A stretch of DNA of 64,000 nucleotides from positions 85,870,001 through 85,934,000 of the forward strand of contig OX597825.1 of the NCBI GenBank assembly GCA_951406725.2, written 5' to 3'. A model generated the notes under the pieces. That model was not told the origin of the DNA. It searched no databases and was given only the letters and a program-made list of their open reading frames with translations. This document shows, piece by piece, positions 41,749 to 55,044 of this stretch (the stretch's first letter is position 1; every line of letters starts with the position of its first letter). The DNA comes from Octopus vulgaris (lineage: Eukaryota). A program made the position numbers and the translations under genes.

Positions 41749-41775
41749 AACGGTTGTAGTCGACAGCCTTCTCTT
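41749..41775 (-). other. Candidate 27-nt microexon
   Basis: Minus strand ...gttttgtatgttttaaccag|AAGAGAAGGCTGTCGACTACAACCGTT|gtaagtat; length divisible by 3. Confidence 0.25.
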
Positions 41776-42021
41776 CTGGTTAAAACATACAAAACACAAA
41801 GGGAACTGAGAGAAAGACAAAGAGAGACAGAGAGAGATGTGAGAGAGGGACGTGGAAGAGGAAGGTGAAGCAGGAAGAGGAGAGGGGGAAGTGAGAGAGA
41901 GAGAGAGAGAGATTATTAAACCGAACACAAATCAGACGCAAATAGGTTGAAATCCTATTGTTCGGTTGATGAATTTATACTGACTCTCATCACTCTCTCT
42001 CTCTCTCTCTCTCTCTCTCAT

Positions 42022-42056
<35 letters not shown>

Positions 42057-42215
42057 GTGTATGTGTGTGTGCACGTATATATCGATCTACCTCTCCCCCT
42101 CTGTCTATCTATCTGTCTGTATGTTTGTCTATTTATCAGAGGTTAGATGCAATATGACTTAAATATTAAATTTCACGTTTACAAATAATTTCTCGGGTGG
42201 AATTAATAGGATCAA

Positions 42216-42330
<115 letters not shown>

Positions 42331-42533
42331 CTACATACAAACATACATACATACAAACATACATAAATACATCACTGGAACTGTAAAAATCTGCAAAACT
42401 TTCCAGAAGATTATCATTTAAACATATATGAACATATCTAGATATGCAAGTATATGCATGAGAATACATACATAAAACATACAAATCTGCACAAACATAC
42501 ATACATACATACATACATACATACATACATACG

Positions 42534-42790
42534 AAATACCCTGTTGTTGATGTTGAAATTCCAATGAAGGAACCTTGGAGGGTTAGAAGCCCGTTCCTTC
42601 TCCATTGGCAAGAAACCTTGGAATAAACTGAATAATGACATACATACATACAAATACCCTGTTGATGTTGTTGCAATTCTAATGAAAGAGCCTTGGATCT
42701 AGATTAGAAACCGACTCTTTTGCTATTGGCAAGAAATCTCAAAATAAAACTGAATAATGACATATATACATACATACATACATACATGCA
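42534..42790 (+). repeat. Two diverged ~120-bp units, each ending in (CATA)n
   Basis: AAATACCCTGTTG...CCTTGGA..GTTAGAA.CC...ATTGGCAAGAAA..T..AATAAA(A)CTGAATAATGACATA at 42534 and 42652. Confidence 0.85.
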
Positions 42791-42842
42791 TGCATACATA
42801 TGTACATACATACATGCATAAATACATAAATACATACATACA

Positions 42843-42876
<34 letters not shown>

Positions 42877-43068
42877 CATGCATGCATACATACATATATA
42901 TAGGGATGTGTATGTATGCATGCATATGTATGTATATATATTTGTGTATATGCGTGTAGCCATTCATGCACGTGTATGCATACATATATATATATATATA
43001 CCTGCATATATACACAGCATGTACATATATGCATATGTGTGTGTACGTGTGTGCGTGTGTGTGTGTGT

Positions 43069-43126
<58 letters not shown>

Positions 43127-45192
43127 TGCTGCCAGCAATAGAATGGCGTCTAATCCATAATTATCCGTGGAAACCAGTTCAAACGGTGTGGTAGGTTGGC
43201 TCTGTTTCAAATCATTTCTGGATGTACAACAACATTGTTGTTCCTCGCACTTCAAGAACCTTCATTATTAATTACTAACACGCCCCCACCTCTTCCTGCT
43301 CCTCCTCATCCGTCTCTTCCTCCTTATCTCCCCCTCTCCCTCCCACCTTTTCCTACACACATCGGTCTTGCGATTTATTCTTCTTTTCCCAGGTTTTCCC
43401 ATTCACCAATTGATTAACATACCTTCCCTCTATCTTCCCTCCATGGCTCTCACTCCCACTTTCTCTCTTTCTTTCTCTCTCTCTCTCTCTCTCTCCCACT
43501 CTCCCTCTCCCAACACGCACTCATACATGTATAGTATATACATATATGTCAATCACACACACACACAGACACACATACGCGCACGCGTAAACATACGTCA
43601 CTCATATCACGCACTCACGCAATTCTTTCTCTTTCATTCGCACCTCTCTCACACCTTCTCTCCTACTCTCTTTCTCTCTCTTTCTTTCTATCTCTCTTTC
43701 ACACATATATCCATGGATCACCCTTTCTCTCCCTCACACTCTCTCCCATTCACTCTCACCCTATCTCCAACCTTCCTCCTCATCCTCTCCCTCTGCCTCT
43801 CTCTCCCGTATATGTAAAGCCACAACTCCTCCACCCACCACACCCTACTTTCTCTTCCCCAATTCTCACCAATTACTTCAATTCATTCTCTCCGTCAACT
43901 TAAATTCATTCCACCTCACACCTGACTCTCTTTCTCTCTCTCTCTCTCTCCCCTCTTTGTCTCTCTTTCACTCTAATTGCTCTCATTCTCTCTTTCTTAA
44001 ATATCTCATTTTTTCAACTATTTTGACTCCCCCTGCAACTCTCTTTCTCAACACAAACATCAACTGCACACCCGCCATTTTTGAACTCCTTCAACACTTC
44101 GGCTTAACCACAAACATACAAAAACATGTATATATATATATATATATACATATATAAATATATACATACATACATACACATATATATACACACACAAATA
44201 TATACATATATATGTGGGTAGGTATCGACATTTCTCCATTATTGCGACTTATCAATACCATGTCCTCGGATCATCTGGAAACGAAGTGAATCGCTGTCCT
44301 GTGACTTACATGCAAATAGAGCGAAGTCCATTTGCTGATGTGCTGCGGCGTTGCACACGTGAAAGGAATTAAATTACAAATTAAAAGCAGCTCCAGTCAT
44401 GTGAATATCATCGGTCTCTCATACATAATGCATGTGGTTTGTTTATACACCAAATTTGTTACGGAATGGATAGCATCTGGGGGGATCGACTCATAGACGA
44501 GTATAGCCATCACTGACAAATTGTCTTGTCCTCGAATCTTGGACCTAGATACTAAAGATAACGATTCTCAGCGATTCCCCTGATTACATTTAAAGTCATT
44601 AACCACACCGCTAAGACTCTCATCTACAAAAGCCAATAATCCAGAAACAAACAAGAGCAAGCTCTCCGGCCTTGCAACGAGGCGATTATTATTTTGGAAT
44701 CACCTTCACAAAGACTCTGGGAATCTCACTCCCAGTTGTGCGGTGGTCGTGGACTCTTCTGAGTTCATCCGTCCATTGGCAGGTTTTGTTATTCACCCTG
44801 CAGATTGTCCGAATCAGACCACCCTCTTTATCCAGCAGACTTGGTAGCGTTGCTGGTTTGTACAGGATTGCGTGTTACCTGTAGCACTATGAGTGACCTG
44901 CCATACGTATACGTCCGTACATACATACATAGATACAAACGTATGTATATATATATTTAATTATTTGTATGAAAACGAAAATGCACTGAGATAAGTCAGA
45001 ATGACTAGTCGTACGAATTTCAGCAGCATAAACGAATAAATGCTTATTAAAGAGTGTAGATTCGTCGTTTTTGATTTATTGAAATTAACTCCGCTTCCAG
45101 AGAGATTAGACCAATCCCTGGGTAGTAATTAAGACCAAATCCAAATGAGAGGGGGGGGGTAATCTCAAATTCAGATGCCATTACAGAAGACA

Positions 45193-45329
<137 letters not shown>

Positions 45330-45944
45330 CAAACAGATAGACAGATAGATTTAATTACACATTTGCATACATGCACAGGCTTACATACGTACATACATTA
45401 CAAATGTATGTACATATGTACGTACGTGCTTATACATAAATTTATGCATACTTGCATACATACGTACGTACATACCTAAAGATATACGTACATATATACG
45501 TAGATAACTACGTATATGCCTACATATTTTCCTACATACACATACAAGGACGTGCATCCAAACAAAATCCATTCATGTATGCATACATACGCACATACAT
45601 ACATACACATACATATAAACATGCATACATACATACATACATACATACATACATACTCACATATATACATACTTACATACATACATGCATGCATACATGC
45701 TCACATACATACATGCATGCATGCATACATACATATTCACATACATACATGCATACATACAGATATACATACATGCATACTCACACACACACACACATAC
45801 ATATATATATACGTACATATATACATACATGCATATATACATACATAAATGCATACATACATGCATACGTAGCACCAATTCCGATCGTTCTGCTTTGCCC
45901 AGGTCCTTACAAGAGATTCTATTGAAATTAACACAGTAAATACT

Positions 45945-46000
45945 GGCTAAACTTCCGCTGTGTCAATACTACTTCCGCCCACTCAAAACATGGCGGCAAT
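45945..46000. promoter_or_regulatory. Candidate YY1 plus two ETS-like motif cluster
   Basis: ACTTCCGC at 45951 and 45971, and AAAACATGGCGGC at ~45985-45997, in a CpG-containing island between microsatellites. Confidence 0.3.
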
Positions 46001-46372
46001 GGATCTCTGCAAAGAAAGAAAAGGAAAAGGGAAAAGAAGGAGGAGAAAAGAAACTCGAGATAAGAAAGGAAATAAAAGATAATTTGTTGGAAAGACAGAG
46101 AGGAAGGATGACAAAAGGAAGGAAGGAATTAAAGAAAAAATGTAGAAATAGAGAAGAAATAGAGAACAATCGAGAAGGGAAACCGAATATTGGCTTTTTG
46201 CTGCGAGATAACTTATAATGCGATCTTGGGAGTAAAGAATGTGATCTTGGAACAAACAGTTCCTGCAAGTCAAATTGCTATTCACAGTGTTTGTTTGTCT
46301 GTTTTTTATTTTTCTACTTTTCTTTTAATATTTGGCTTCTTCGAGAAACGGTGAAGTCCCTGTAAAGAATCA

Positions 46373-46404
<32 letters not shown>

Positions 46405-47142
46405 GAGCTATGTTCTTTATATTTATGTATTTTTATACATTGTAGTGAACTAAAAATGGTGGATTTATAAGAGGCAATTTAAGATGTATGTACATTTGGC
46501 TTTATACATGTTTCGTGTAAGTATGTATGGATGTATGTTTGGGCTCTATACATACGTGTATATGTATATGTGTGTATATACACATATAGAGATAGAGAGA
46601 GAGAGAGAGAGAGCTACATGCATATAATATATATATATATATACACGTATATACACAGACATATAATGTGTACAAAAAAACACGTCTCCACATAAATTTA
46701 ATTTAACTCATTTATTCATTCAATTCGATTTATTGTCATTCTCTGTGATTACAATGGGAAATACACAAACACCCACGTGTTCAGCTTTCTTATGCCCACC
46801 ACCACCACCACCACCACCACCACTAACAACAACAACACATTACATCCTTATACGTGTGTGTAACTTTATATAAATCTTCATCTATCATATATATATAGAT
46901 ATATATATATATATATATATTCCATAATTTATATTCATTATATATTTAAAAAATACACACATTCAGGCACATACACACATAGATACACACAGACGCATGC
47001 ACGCACGCACACACACACACACATATATATATACACATACATATATATATATATATTTATATTTACTACATCTTATAGTATATTTCCTCCATACATATGA
47101 CTGCGACTGTTAAGTTCAGACCTCCACGTAGATTATCATCGG

Positions 47143-47197
<55 letters not shown>

Positions 47198-47290
47198 TAT
47201 ATATATATATATGTGTTTATATATACATATAAATGAATTTATACATATATATACACACACGTATATATATATACATATATATATATACAA

Positions 47291-47354
<64 letters not shown>

Positions 47355-48334
47355 TAATATATATAATATATATAATATATATATATATGTATATATATAT
47401 ATTATATTATATTACATTATATTATATATATATGCGCACATGCACATATGCTTTGTTTAATAAACATTGATAGATACCGGTCTATTATCTGTCAGAAGGA
47501 AAGAAAAATTAAGGAAGAAGAATATAAGCTGTGACTGAATGAAATTTCTGGAAATAAAATCTAATTAAAAATACATCAAATATGGCAGCCATTGAAATAA
47601 TTTTGATCTGAATTTCTGATTTAACATATTCTATTTAACATATTTCATTTTTTTTTTTTTTGCTGCAGCTTCAGAAAAAAATAATAATTTTGATTAACTT
47701 TTAATCTGTTTCTTTTTACGTAAATTCTTAATAACGACTGTTTTCTTAACATCATAATATTTACATATAAATTATGTCTGGCTTAATAATATTGGTAAAA
47801 TTTCCCTTTTGGTTGCTTACGGTATTCGACTACATATCGATACTTCTTGGGTTCAGATCTTCCAGACATTGAACTTATATTTTAGGTTTCCGTGTCTTTA
47901 AGAACCAACGAAGTACTATGGGGGTTGTGTAATCAATTCTTTGTTTTCTTCAAATGTTTCTTTGTCAAATATTGCTTTCTCGCGTAGATTTGTGTCCACT
48001 TTTGTTCTTAGTTGACTCTGCTCTGCCTTTATCGATGTCAGGGGTAAAAATAAAGTGAAAATTATAAAAAGGAATGAAACCAGCGGTATTTGAATTTAGA
48101 ACAAAGATGTCTGAGGATGGATACAATAGAGTTTCCAGTTCATACAATAATGGCGTCTCTGCTGGGTCAAAGAAGTTAGACGGAATGAGAGATAAAGAGG
48201 GGGGGTTCGGTGAAGAGGGACAGGACGGAGTGGCGGGCGTGAGAGAGAAAAAATGGTTGGGGAAACGGTTAGAAAAATAGAAGGGTAATGTAAAATAAAA
48301 GTGAAAGAAATTTGGAAGAAAGAAATACAACCAC

Positions 48335-48819
48335 ATGAGGATGATGATGATGATGATGACGACGACGATGACGGCGATGATGATGATGATGATGGTGATG
48401 ATGATGGTGATGATGGTGGTGATGATGATGGTGGTGGTGATGATGTTGATGATGATGATAAGGAGGAAGAGGAGGAGGAGGAAGAGGACGATGATGATGA
48501 TGATGATGGTGGTGGTGATGATGATGGTGGTGATGATGATGGTGGTGGTGATGATGTTGTTGATGATGATGATAAGGAGGAGGAGGAGGAGGAGGACGAT
48601 GATGGTGATGATGATGGCGATGATGGTGGTGATGATGATGGTGGTGATGATGATGGTGGTGGTGATGATGTTGTTGATGATGATGAGGAGGAGGAGGACG
48701 ACGACGACGACGACGATGACGATGATCATCATGATCATCGTCATCGTTTTGATCACCCTCATCATCATCTTTGTCATTGTTATCGTCGTCATCTCAATCA
48801 TCATCACCACCATAACCAC

Positions 48820-48857
<38 letters not shown>

Positions 48858-48895
48858 CCGCCAACCACCACCACCATCATCATCGTCATCATCCT
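48335..48895. repeat. Compound (GAT/GGT/GAG)n array with ~120-nt higher-order repeats, switching to (CAT/CAC)n
   Basis: Block GGTGGTGGTGATGATGTTG...GAGGAGGAGGA(G/A)GAC occurs three times; polarity flips at ~48725. Confidence 0.95.
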
Positions 48896-49178
48896 CTGTT
48901 GTTTGACATATTGGTACACTAATTAAATATAATTAAACAACAATACTGCGGTTTTTAATTAAATTTTCTTTATTGTTTCCAACTTTTCAAGGCGACAAAA
49001 AAATGTTTTGTAATTTCCAACCAAATTGTTCGTTTGTTGTTTAATTCAGGAACAGTTTCATAAAAACAAATCATTTGTGTGGGGGGAGTGGCGGAATGGC
49101 GCAGTGGGGGAGTGAGGGTGTAGGTGTATAGGGGTGTATGTGTATGTGTGTGTGCGCGTTTGTGTATGTGTGTGTGCG

Positions 49179-49211
<33 letters not shown>

Positions 49212-49459
49212 CAAATCTATCGCTGATACTCCTTTCCTTCCATTCTTTATTAGTTTTCTCATCTTTGTCACCCCCTCTTCTTCCTCCTCCTTTTCCTCAT
49301 CTTTCTCCTCCTCCTCTTCCGCCTCATCCCCTTCCTCTTGCCGTCACCTGGAGACAAAGGAAGATAATTGAAGACAAAAGACTTTTGCTGACCAAATAAA
49401 AAATGAAGAACAATGGAAGAACTCGAAGCATTGTCCGAAGAATGACATGGCATCGAGTG

Positions 49460-49710
49460 TTGTTATTGTTATTGTCTGGCCCCCAGGTCAACCTTGATGA
49501 AGCAAATCTATTATTAAAAGCGTTTCAGCCGTGACTATCACATCTTGTTTTATATCTAAAGCTTCATTGTCTTATATCATTGTCTTATATATATATATAT
49601 ATCATTTTCTTTGTTCTTGTTTTTTTTTAATTTTCAAATTCCATAAGATGTGACTTGGGGAAGATTTAGCTGCTATGACTAACAGATCGAACGACTACGT
49701 GGAGATTCTT
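49460..49710 (-). repeat. Family D copy
   Basis: GCCCCCAGGTCAACCTTGAT...TAAAAGCGTTTCAGCCGTGACTATC...AGATTTAGCTGCTATGACTAACAG. Confidence 0.7.
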
Positions 49711-49954
49711 TAGGTGCAATAAATCGGGGTTGTTTCACCCATGGAAGGGCATAATGCACTATGTTTGTCATTCCTTATGTTTGATAAGAAGTTGGTGTTG
49801 CTGTTCTTGATGATGATGATGATGATGACGACGACGACGACGATGATGATGATGATGTTTAATCTAGTGGTTTGCAACTGTTTCCGGGGTTTTTTTTTTG
49901 CTCATATATGTGTGTGTATGCATGTATGTGTATATGCATGGGGAGAGATATTTG

Positions 49955-50107
49955 TGATTATGTTTGCATCCCCTCTTCACTGCTTGACAACCGGCGTTTG
50001 TGTATTTATGTCCTCTTAACCCAGCGGTTCGGTAAAAGATTCCGATAGGATAAGCACCAGGCTCAAAAACTAAATACATACTGCGGCTGAGTCGTCTGAC
50101 TATAAAA
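49955..50107 (+). mobile_element. SINE family A, 3' half
   Basis: TGCTTGACAACCGGCGTTTGTGTATTTATGTCC...AGCGGTTCGGTAAAAGA..CCGATAGGATAAG. Confidence 0.8.
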
Positions 50108-51735
50108 TGGTTGCAACAGCTGACAATTGTAACATTAACAAATAAATCTCTGTTCCGAAATACAGCTAAAAGGACTGCTACAATTAATTTTAACAACGGT
50201 TTCTTTATTTACCAAAAGATATTCTTAAAGATGTAAAATGAACAAAAATATTTTTATGATTGACACATTGTTCAATGCGAGCCTTTTCGTAACTAAATTA
50301 CTTGCTGGTTTATTGATGACAAACGAAGACACCATTCCGCCTTTCAACCTAAAGGTAGTGGCGAAATTTTGATAGTAAGTTGTCTGCTTGATACCAGCTT
50401 CGACAAGTGAGAAAAGCAGTGACATACGACTTCACTTTCTCTGAGAAATGGAACTTTCCTAACCATTTCTCTTCCTTTGCTTCAGTTATGTTTACCACGT
50501 TTAAATCTAATTCGACTTATTTCTTAATTCTTATTTCTTTATTACCCACAGGGGGCTATTGTTTACTAAATTCAAAAAGATCTTAAATTTATTTGATTTG
50601 ATGAAGTTGACCGTTTATATTTTTTTCTACTCTAGGCACAAGGCCTGAAATTTGGGGAGAGGGGCCCAATCGATTAGATCGAACCCAATACGCAACTGGT
50701 ACTTAATTTATCGACCCCGAAAGGATGAAAAGCAAAGTTGACCTCGGAGGAATTTGAACTTAGAACATAAAGACAGACGAAATACATATTTCTTTATTAC
50801 CCACAAAGGGCTAAACATAGAGGGGACAAACAAGGAGACAAACGGATTAAGTCGATTACATCGACTCCAGTGCGTAACTGGTATTTAATTTATCGACCCC
50901 GAAAGGATGAAAGGAAAAGTCGACCTCGGCGGAATTTGAACTCAGAACGTAACGGCAGACGAAATACCGCTAAGCATTTCGCCCGGCGTGCTAACGTTTC
51001 TGCCAGCTCGCCGCCTTATTGACAGTTTATATTACAATGGAAAGGATATCTTGCAGGCGCCTTCCTAATTGTTTTCTAGCCAAACGTTAAAGGCAGGTCA
51101 TTTTTAAATAAACAGTGGATACTGGTTATTTGTGTCATAGAAACAGCATTAATCTTAACCGTATGGAAAACCCAGTAAAACTTATGGGCTCTGCTTCTTC
51201 TTTAAGTAAATTATAAAAAAAACAAAATGAGTTGTGTAAAAACTGATCGAGAAAAGGAATGTTCACGTTTACTAGTGGAAAAGTGCTTTCAGGGTGATAC
51301 GAACGGAGGAATAAAGTGAGAAATAGAGAACCAGCTGTGGAAGTATTGTATTCACAATTAGGAAAGAAAACCAGAGAAATAAAGACATTACGAAGATGTT
51401 AACAGAGGTTTAGGTTGAATGTTTAAAAGAGGTGAAACGTTGTATCCAAAAGGGAAATCAAAACTGTTCACTCTGTTAGCAACAAATATAGGCTTATACG
51501 AAACGTCAGCCATACTGTCAAACTGTTTCTGCTCTTTGCACAAATATTTACTTCTCTTTTTAGTGCTGTGTTTCCTTTTGCCGATGTTAACGTTGTTGCT
51601 GGTATTGTTGTTTTCGTTAAAATTATTTGCCGTTTCCTTGTTTGAATTTTTCTGTATTGAGAAATCAGGAATAGACATTTCCAGTGTATAGACTTTCCCA
51701 GTGTATATACATTCATCAAACATTACCGGACACAA
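50105..51735 (-). pseudogene. Decayed intronless MATH-BTB (SPOP/TD-POZ-like) gene
   Basis: Successive minus frames give, in the expected order: ECIYTGKVYTLEMSIPDFS, RVNSFDFPFGYN, FISLVFFPN...GSLFLTL...FLDQ, TGF, LFKNDLPLTF (MATH-like), then CQLHQ..DLFEFSK, VELDLNV, AFLTCRS, KRLALNNVS..IFLFILHL (BTB-like). Frameshifts, stops and two SINE insertions. By-eye alignment only. Confidence 0.5.
50622..51017 (-). mobile_element. Full-length dimeric SINE family B with 15-bp TSD
   Basis: Head GGCGGCGAGCTGGCAGAAACGTTAGC, B-box GAGTTCAAATTCC and two central domains. TSD TTGAC(C/A)GTTTATATT at 50607-50621 and 51019-51033. Confidence 0.93.
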
Positions 51736-52033
51736 GCAAACATTTACAAATCAATAGTAAACTCGCTCGTTTTATTGACAGACGAGATTCAACTTTGGCT
51801 GATAAAGAAGTTTGTCTCGAATACAGCAGCGCCCTCTCTAAATTCCCTTCACTCTTCATTTAGACTTTTTTTCATTCTACTTCAATAATCATTTAACTAA
51901 GTTTCAACGAATAAACACACACAAACACATACCCACATAAACACACACATATACACATATTCTTATACATACACTCACACAACTATAGTCACAAATATAT
52001 GTGACTGTACGTATACACACACACACACACACA

Positions 52034-52090
<57 letters not shown>

Positions 52091-52183
52091 AACACAGACA
52101 AAGAGAGAAAGAGAGATAAAGAAAGATATATATAAAAAACATACTTACGTGTGTGCATATGTATATGCATACATATACATACA

Positions 52184-52229
<46 letters not shown>

Positions 52230-52889
52230 ATATACACATATATATACACATATTCACACATATATATACATATATGATAAAATATATATAATATATATAC
52301 ATATATATGGGCATTTATGTATATATTTACACACATGCATATTACATAAATCTACTCATACAAACACGTGTGTGTATATGTGTTTGTGTGCGCTATGTGG
52401 TTGTTTGTGAGAGTATATATATGTGTGTGTATATATATGTGTGTGTGTGCGTGTGTGTACGTATATGTATGCGATCGAGAGGAGAAAAAGGAAAGTAGGT
52501 GAGGAAGATGAATTTCATAGGAAATCTTTATAAGTTGTTTGAGATGAAGTATTTTTACAGCAGTTTATTGTATTTTAGCCTGCAACGTCTTTCACTAATT
52601 CCACAACTTTCATCAAGTTGTGGAGCATAAATAAATAAACAACAACACGTCAATATCAAAATAAACAACAATAATATAAACAACAACAAGACAAACAACA
52701 ACGATACCACTGGCCAGGCACAAGGCCAACTTCGGTATAGAGAGAGGGTTTGAGGTGCATTAAATCGACCTCCCGATTGTTATTTATTTTATTGACTCGA
52801 CTGGTCTTCTTTGTAAGAATTTGCTAATTGTAAACGATCACCTACTTTCTCAGGGGCCATTAAATGTTGTTGCTGTTGTCCCCGTCGTT

Positions 52890-53085
52890 GTTGTTGTTGT
52901 TGTTCTTTAGTCTCAGGTCAATCTGATACAACAGGCTTAACAACGATCTTCCGAAAGTTCCATTCTGTATATCGGGGACTTCATTTTTCGATCTGTCTTT
53001 CTGCAAAAGCATAGGGTATGGCCCGAAGGAGATTTAGTAGCTATTATTTCTAACAAACTAGCAACCTCATAGAAGCTCTCTCATT
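52890..53085 (-). repeat. Family D copy
   Basis: (GTT)n-TTTAGTCTCAGGTCAA...GGAGATTTAGTAGCTATTATTTCTAACA. Confidence 0.6.
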
Positions 53086-53139
53086 GTCTAGGCCAGTTGT
53101 ATGTTTTAATGAAGTCAGCTCTTTAAAAGATTTACTTTC

Positions 53140-53300
53140 CTCAATCACATTCCGAGTTAGACCACGGCTCAGTTGCTCCCTATTCATAAAAGTGGAGATT
53201 CACAGGACTGTGTGGATGACGCCTATTTAAGAAAGATCATCGCTTCCCTTGAAAATCTCGAGTTTATCTAACACTTAACACCAGCAGCACTTTTACTCGC
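53140..53300 (+). mobile_element. Possible decayed LINE RT fragment
   Basis: IPS*TTAQLLPIHKSGDSQDC followed by a broken RPI resembles the P..W..A.V.PI.K.GD...NYRPI motif of APE-type LINE RTs. Confidence 0.45.
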
Positions 53301-54301
53301 ATCTAAGTGGAAATCTCCGAACAAGACGACCCACCTGTTTTCACAATCCGCTTCCGGTAATATCGCGACGTCGTCGCTGCATGTGCCAAGGCGGTTCGTT
53401 CAGAGTTGCTTTCTTTCAATTCTTCAGTGCGCTAAATTTCGTTTTTGTTTCCCACATTCTTCCTTTAGAAGATTAACTCCTCTAAAACCTTCACTGATCG
53501 ATAATCTTTCCAGCATTAACATCATCTACAGTCTTGTCAAACTCTGCTTGCTTAAAAGAGATCTATAAGGGTCCGAAACTGAAACTCATTTCACCTCGCT
53601 AGTTACCTACCTACCTACCTATCTATATATATAAACCCACCAACTTATCTACCTGCCTTACCACCTGCCGACATGCTATCTATTTTTACAACCCGCTGTA
53701 ACTTTCTCTTTTAATTCACTAAAGTCAACATCTGTGAAGAATTACAAGTTGTATAAGCGTTTCTTTTTGTCTTGTCTGAATTCTTTAAACAAAAAACGTT
53801 CCATGATAACATATTTAGATAACCTTTAGAATTATAATGTTACGTGTTGACTTTCAGAAAAGTCTTACATATTTCTATTGTTCTACTTACAGATTGGATT
53901 TTCAGAACATTTCAAAGATTATTTCTTTAGCTTTACCAGCATCTTATTAGCTGAAGGAAATGCACCAATAAATGTGTGTGTGTGTGTGTGTGTGTGCGTG
54001 CACGCGTGTATGTGTGTGTTAATCTATCTATTGACTATCGATCTTATTAACCTAACCAAACGCACCAAAAGTTATTAGTTTGTTTTGTTGTTGTTCTTTT
54101 CTGTGTGTCTATATCGATATCTATCCATTTATCCATCTAATAACTTTATATCTGTCTATATATATATGTGTGTGTGTCTGTGTATGTACATACATCACTT
54201 TCTGTGTATCTGCATATAACTTACATGTGTATATACATAATCAGGAATGAAGTATGTATGCATATGTATGTATATATGCACATTTTGTCAGTATGCATAC
54301 A

Positions 54302-54343
<42 letters not shown>

Positions 54344-55044
54344 TTTATATGTTCTTATATATACTTTTTATGTATGTTTGTGTGTAAGCATTATGTACCG
54401 ATGTGTGGTGGATGTATATAACTGTGTACGTATGTGTATCGTTTTGATAGCAAGTAGATTAAAAATTCTTATCTTGCTTCAGCGTCTTATCCGCTTTACC
54501 AAACTTTCTTCTACAAACCAACCGCCATCCATTCACCCAGGAACCATGCCAATATCTTTCTTATCTTGCAGAAACACTTCAGACACTTACAGATTACAGT
54601 GCAACCTCTCTCAATCTACCAAATACATTTTCTCTGCGAGAAACATAAGATGATAAATAACTCCTGACTGTCATACTAAGAAAGAAGATGCTAGGTTTTT
54701 ACGAGGCACCATAGTGTGACCTTTGACCTGTTATGTCACGTGTTGATCTTTCATTGTAAGAGAGCTTCACAATCACTGATTTTTACCTCCTTCTTTCAAA
54801 GACGACAAAATTTGAAAAACATCAAATTAGTTCTTTTTTGGACAGCTTCAAATCAAATGCATGACCAAAAACGAGATTTATTTTGAATGAATTGGAGGCG
54901 AGTGAACACGGTTTTGATCTACGGAGGCATGGGTTACGAGATCAAATCTGTCGCAAGCGTTCTGTGGCGTCTTCATATATACTGTATAATTCGAGAGATT
55001 GTTTAAAGAGACAAACACAAGATGAAAACAATTACAAAACATAA

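Noticed and set aside
44200-44900. Complex SSR-free block, possibly coding
   Set aside because: The frames I read contain stops and no recognisable motif; probably an old repeat that I cannot assign.
48301-48906. Asp/Gly/Glu-rich then His-rich 201-aa ORF resembling a biomineralisation or metal-binding protein
   Set aside because: Pure trinucleotide array that is open in several frames on both strands, with no signal peptide or splice support.
51825-51842. CTCF-like motif CAGCGCCCTCTCTA
   Set aside because: Only a partial match and a single occurrence.
54717-54742. Perfect DR1 nuclear-receptor site TGACCTTTGACCT plus CACGTG
   Set aside because: Isolated short motifs with no other support; such repeats are common in molluscan DNA.
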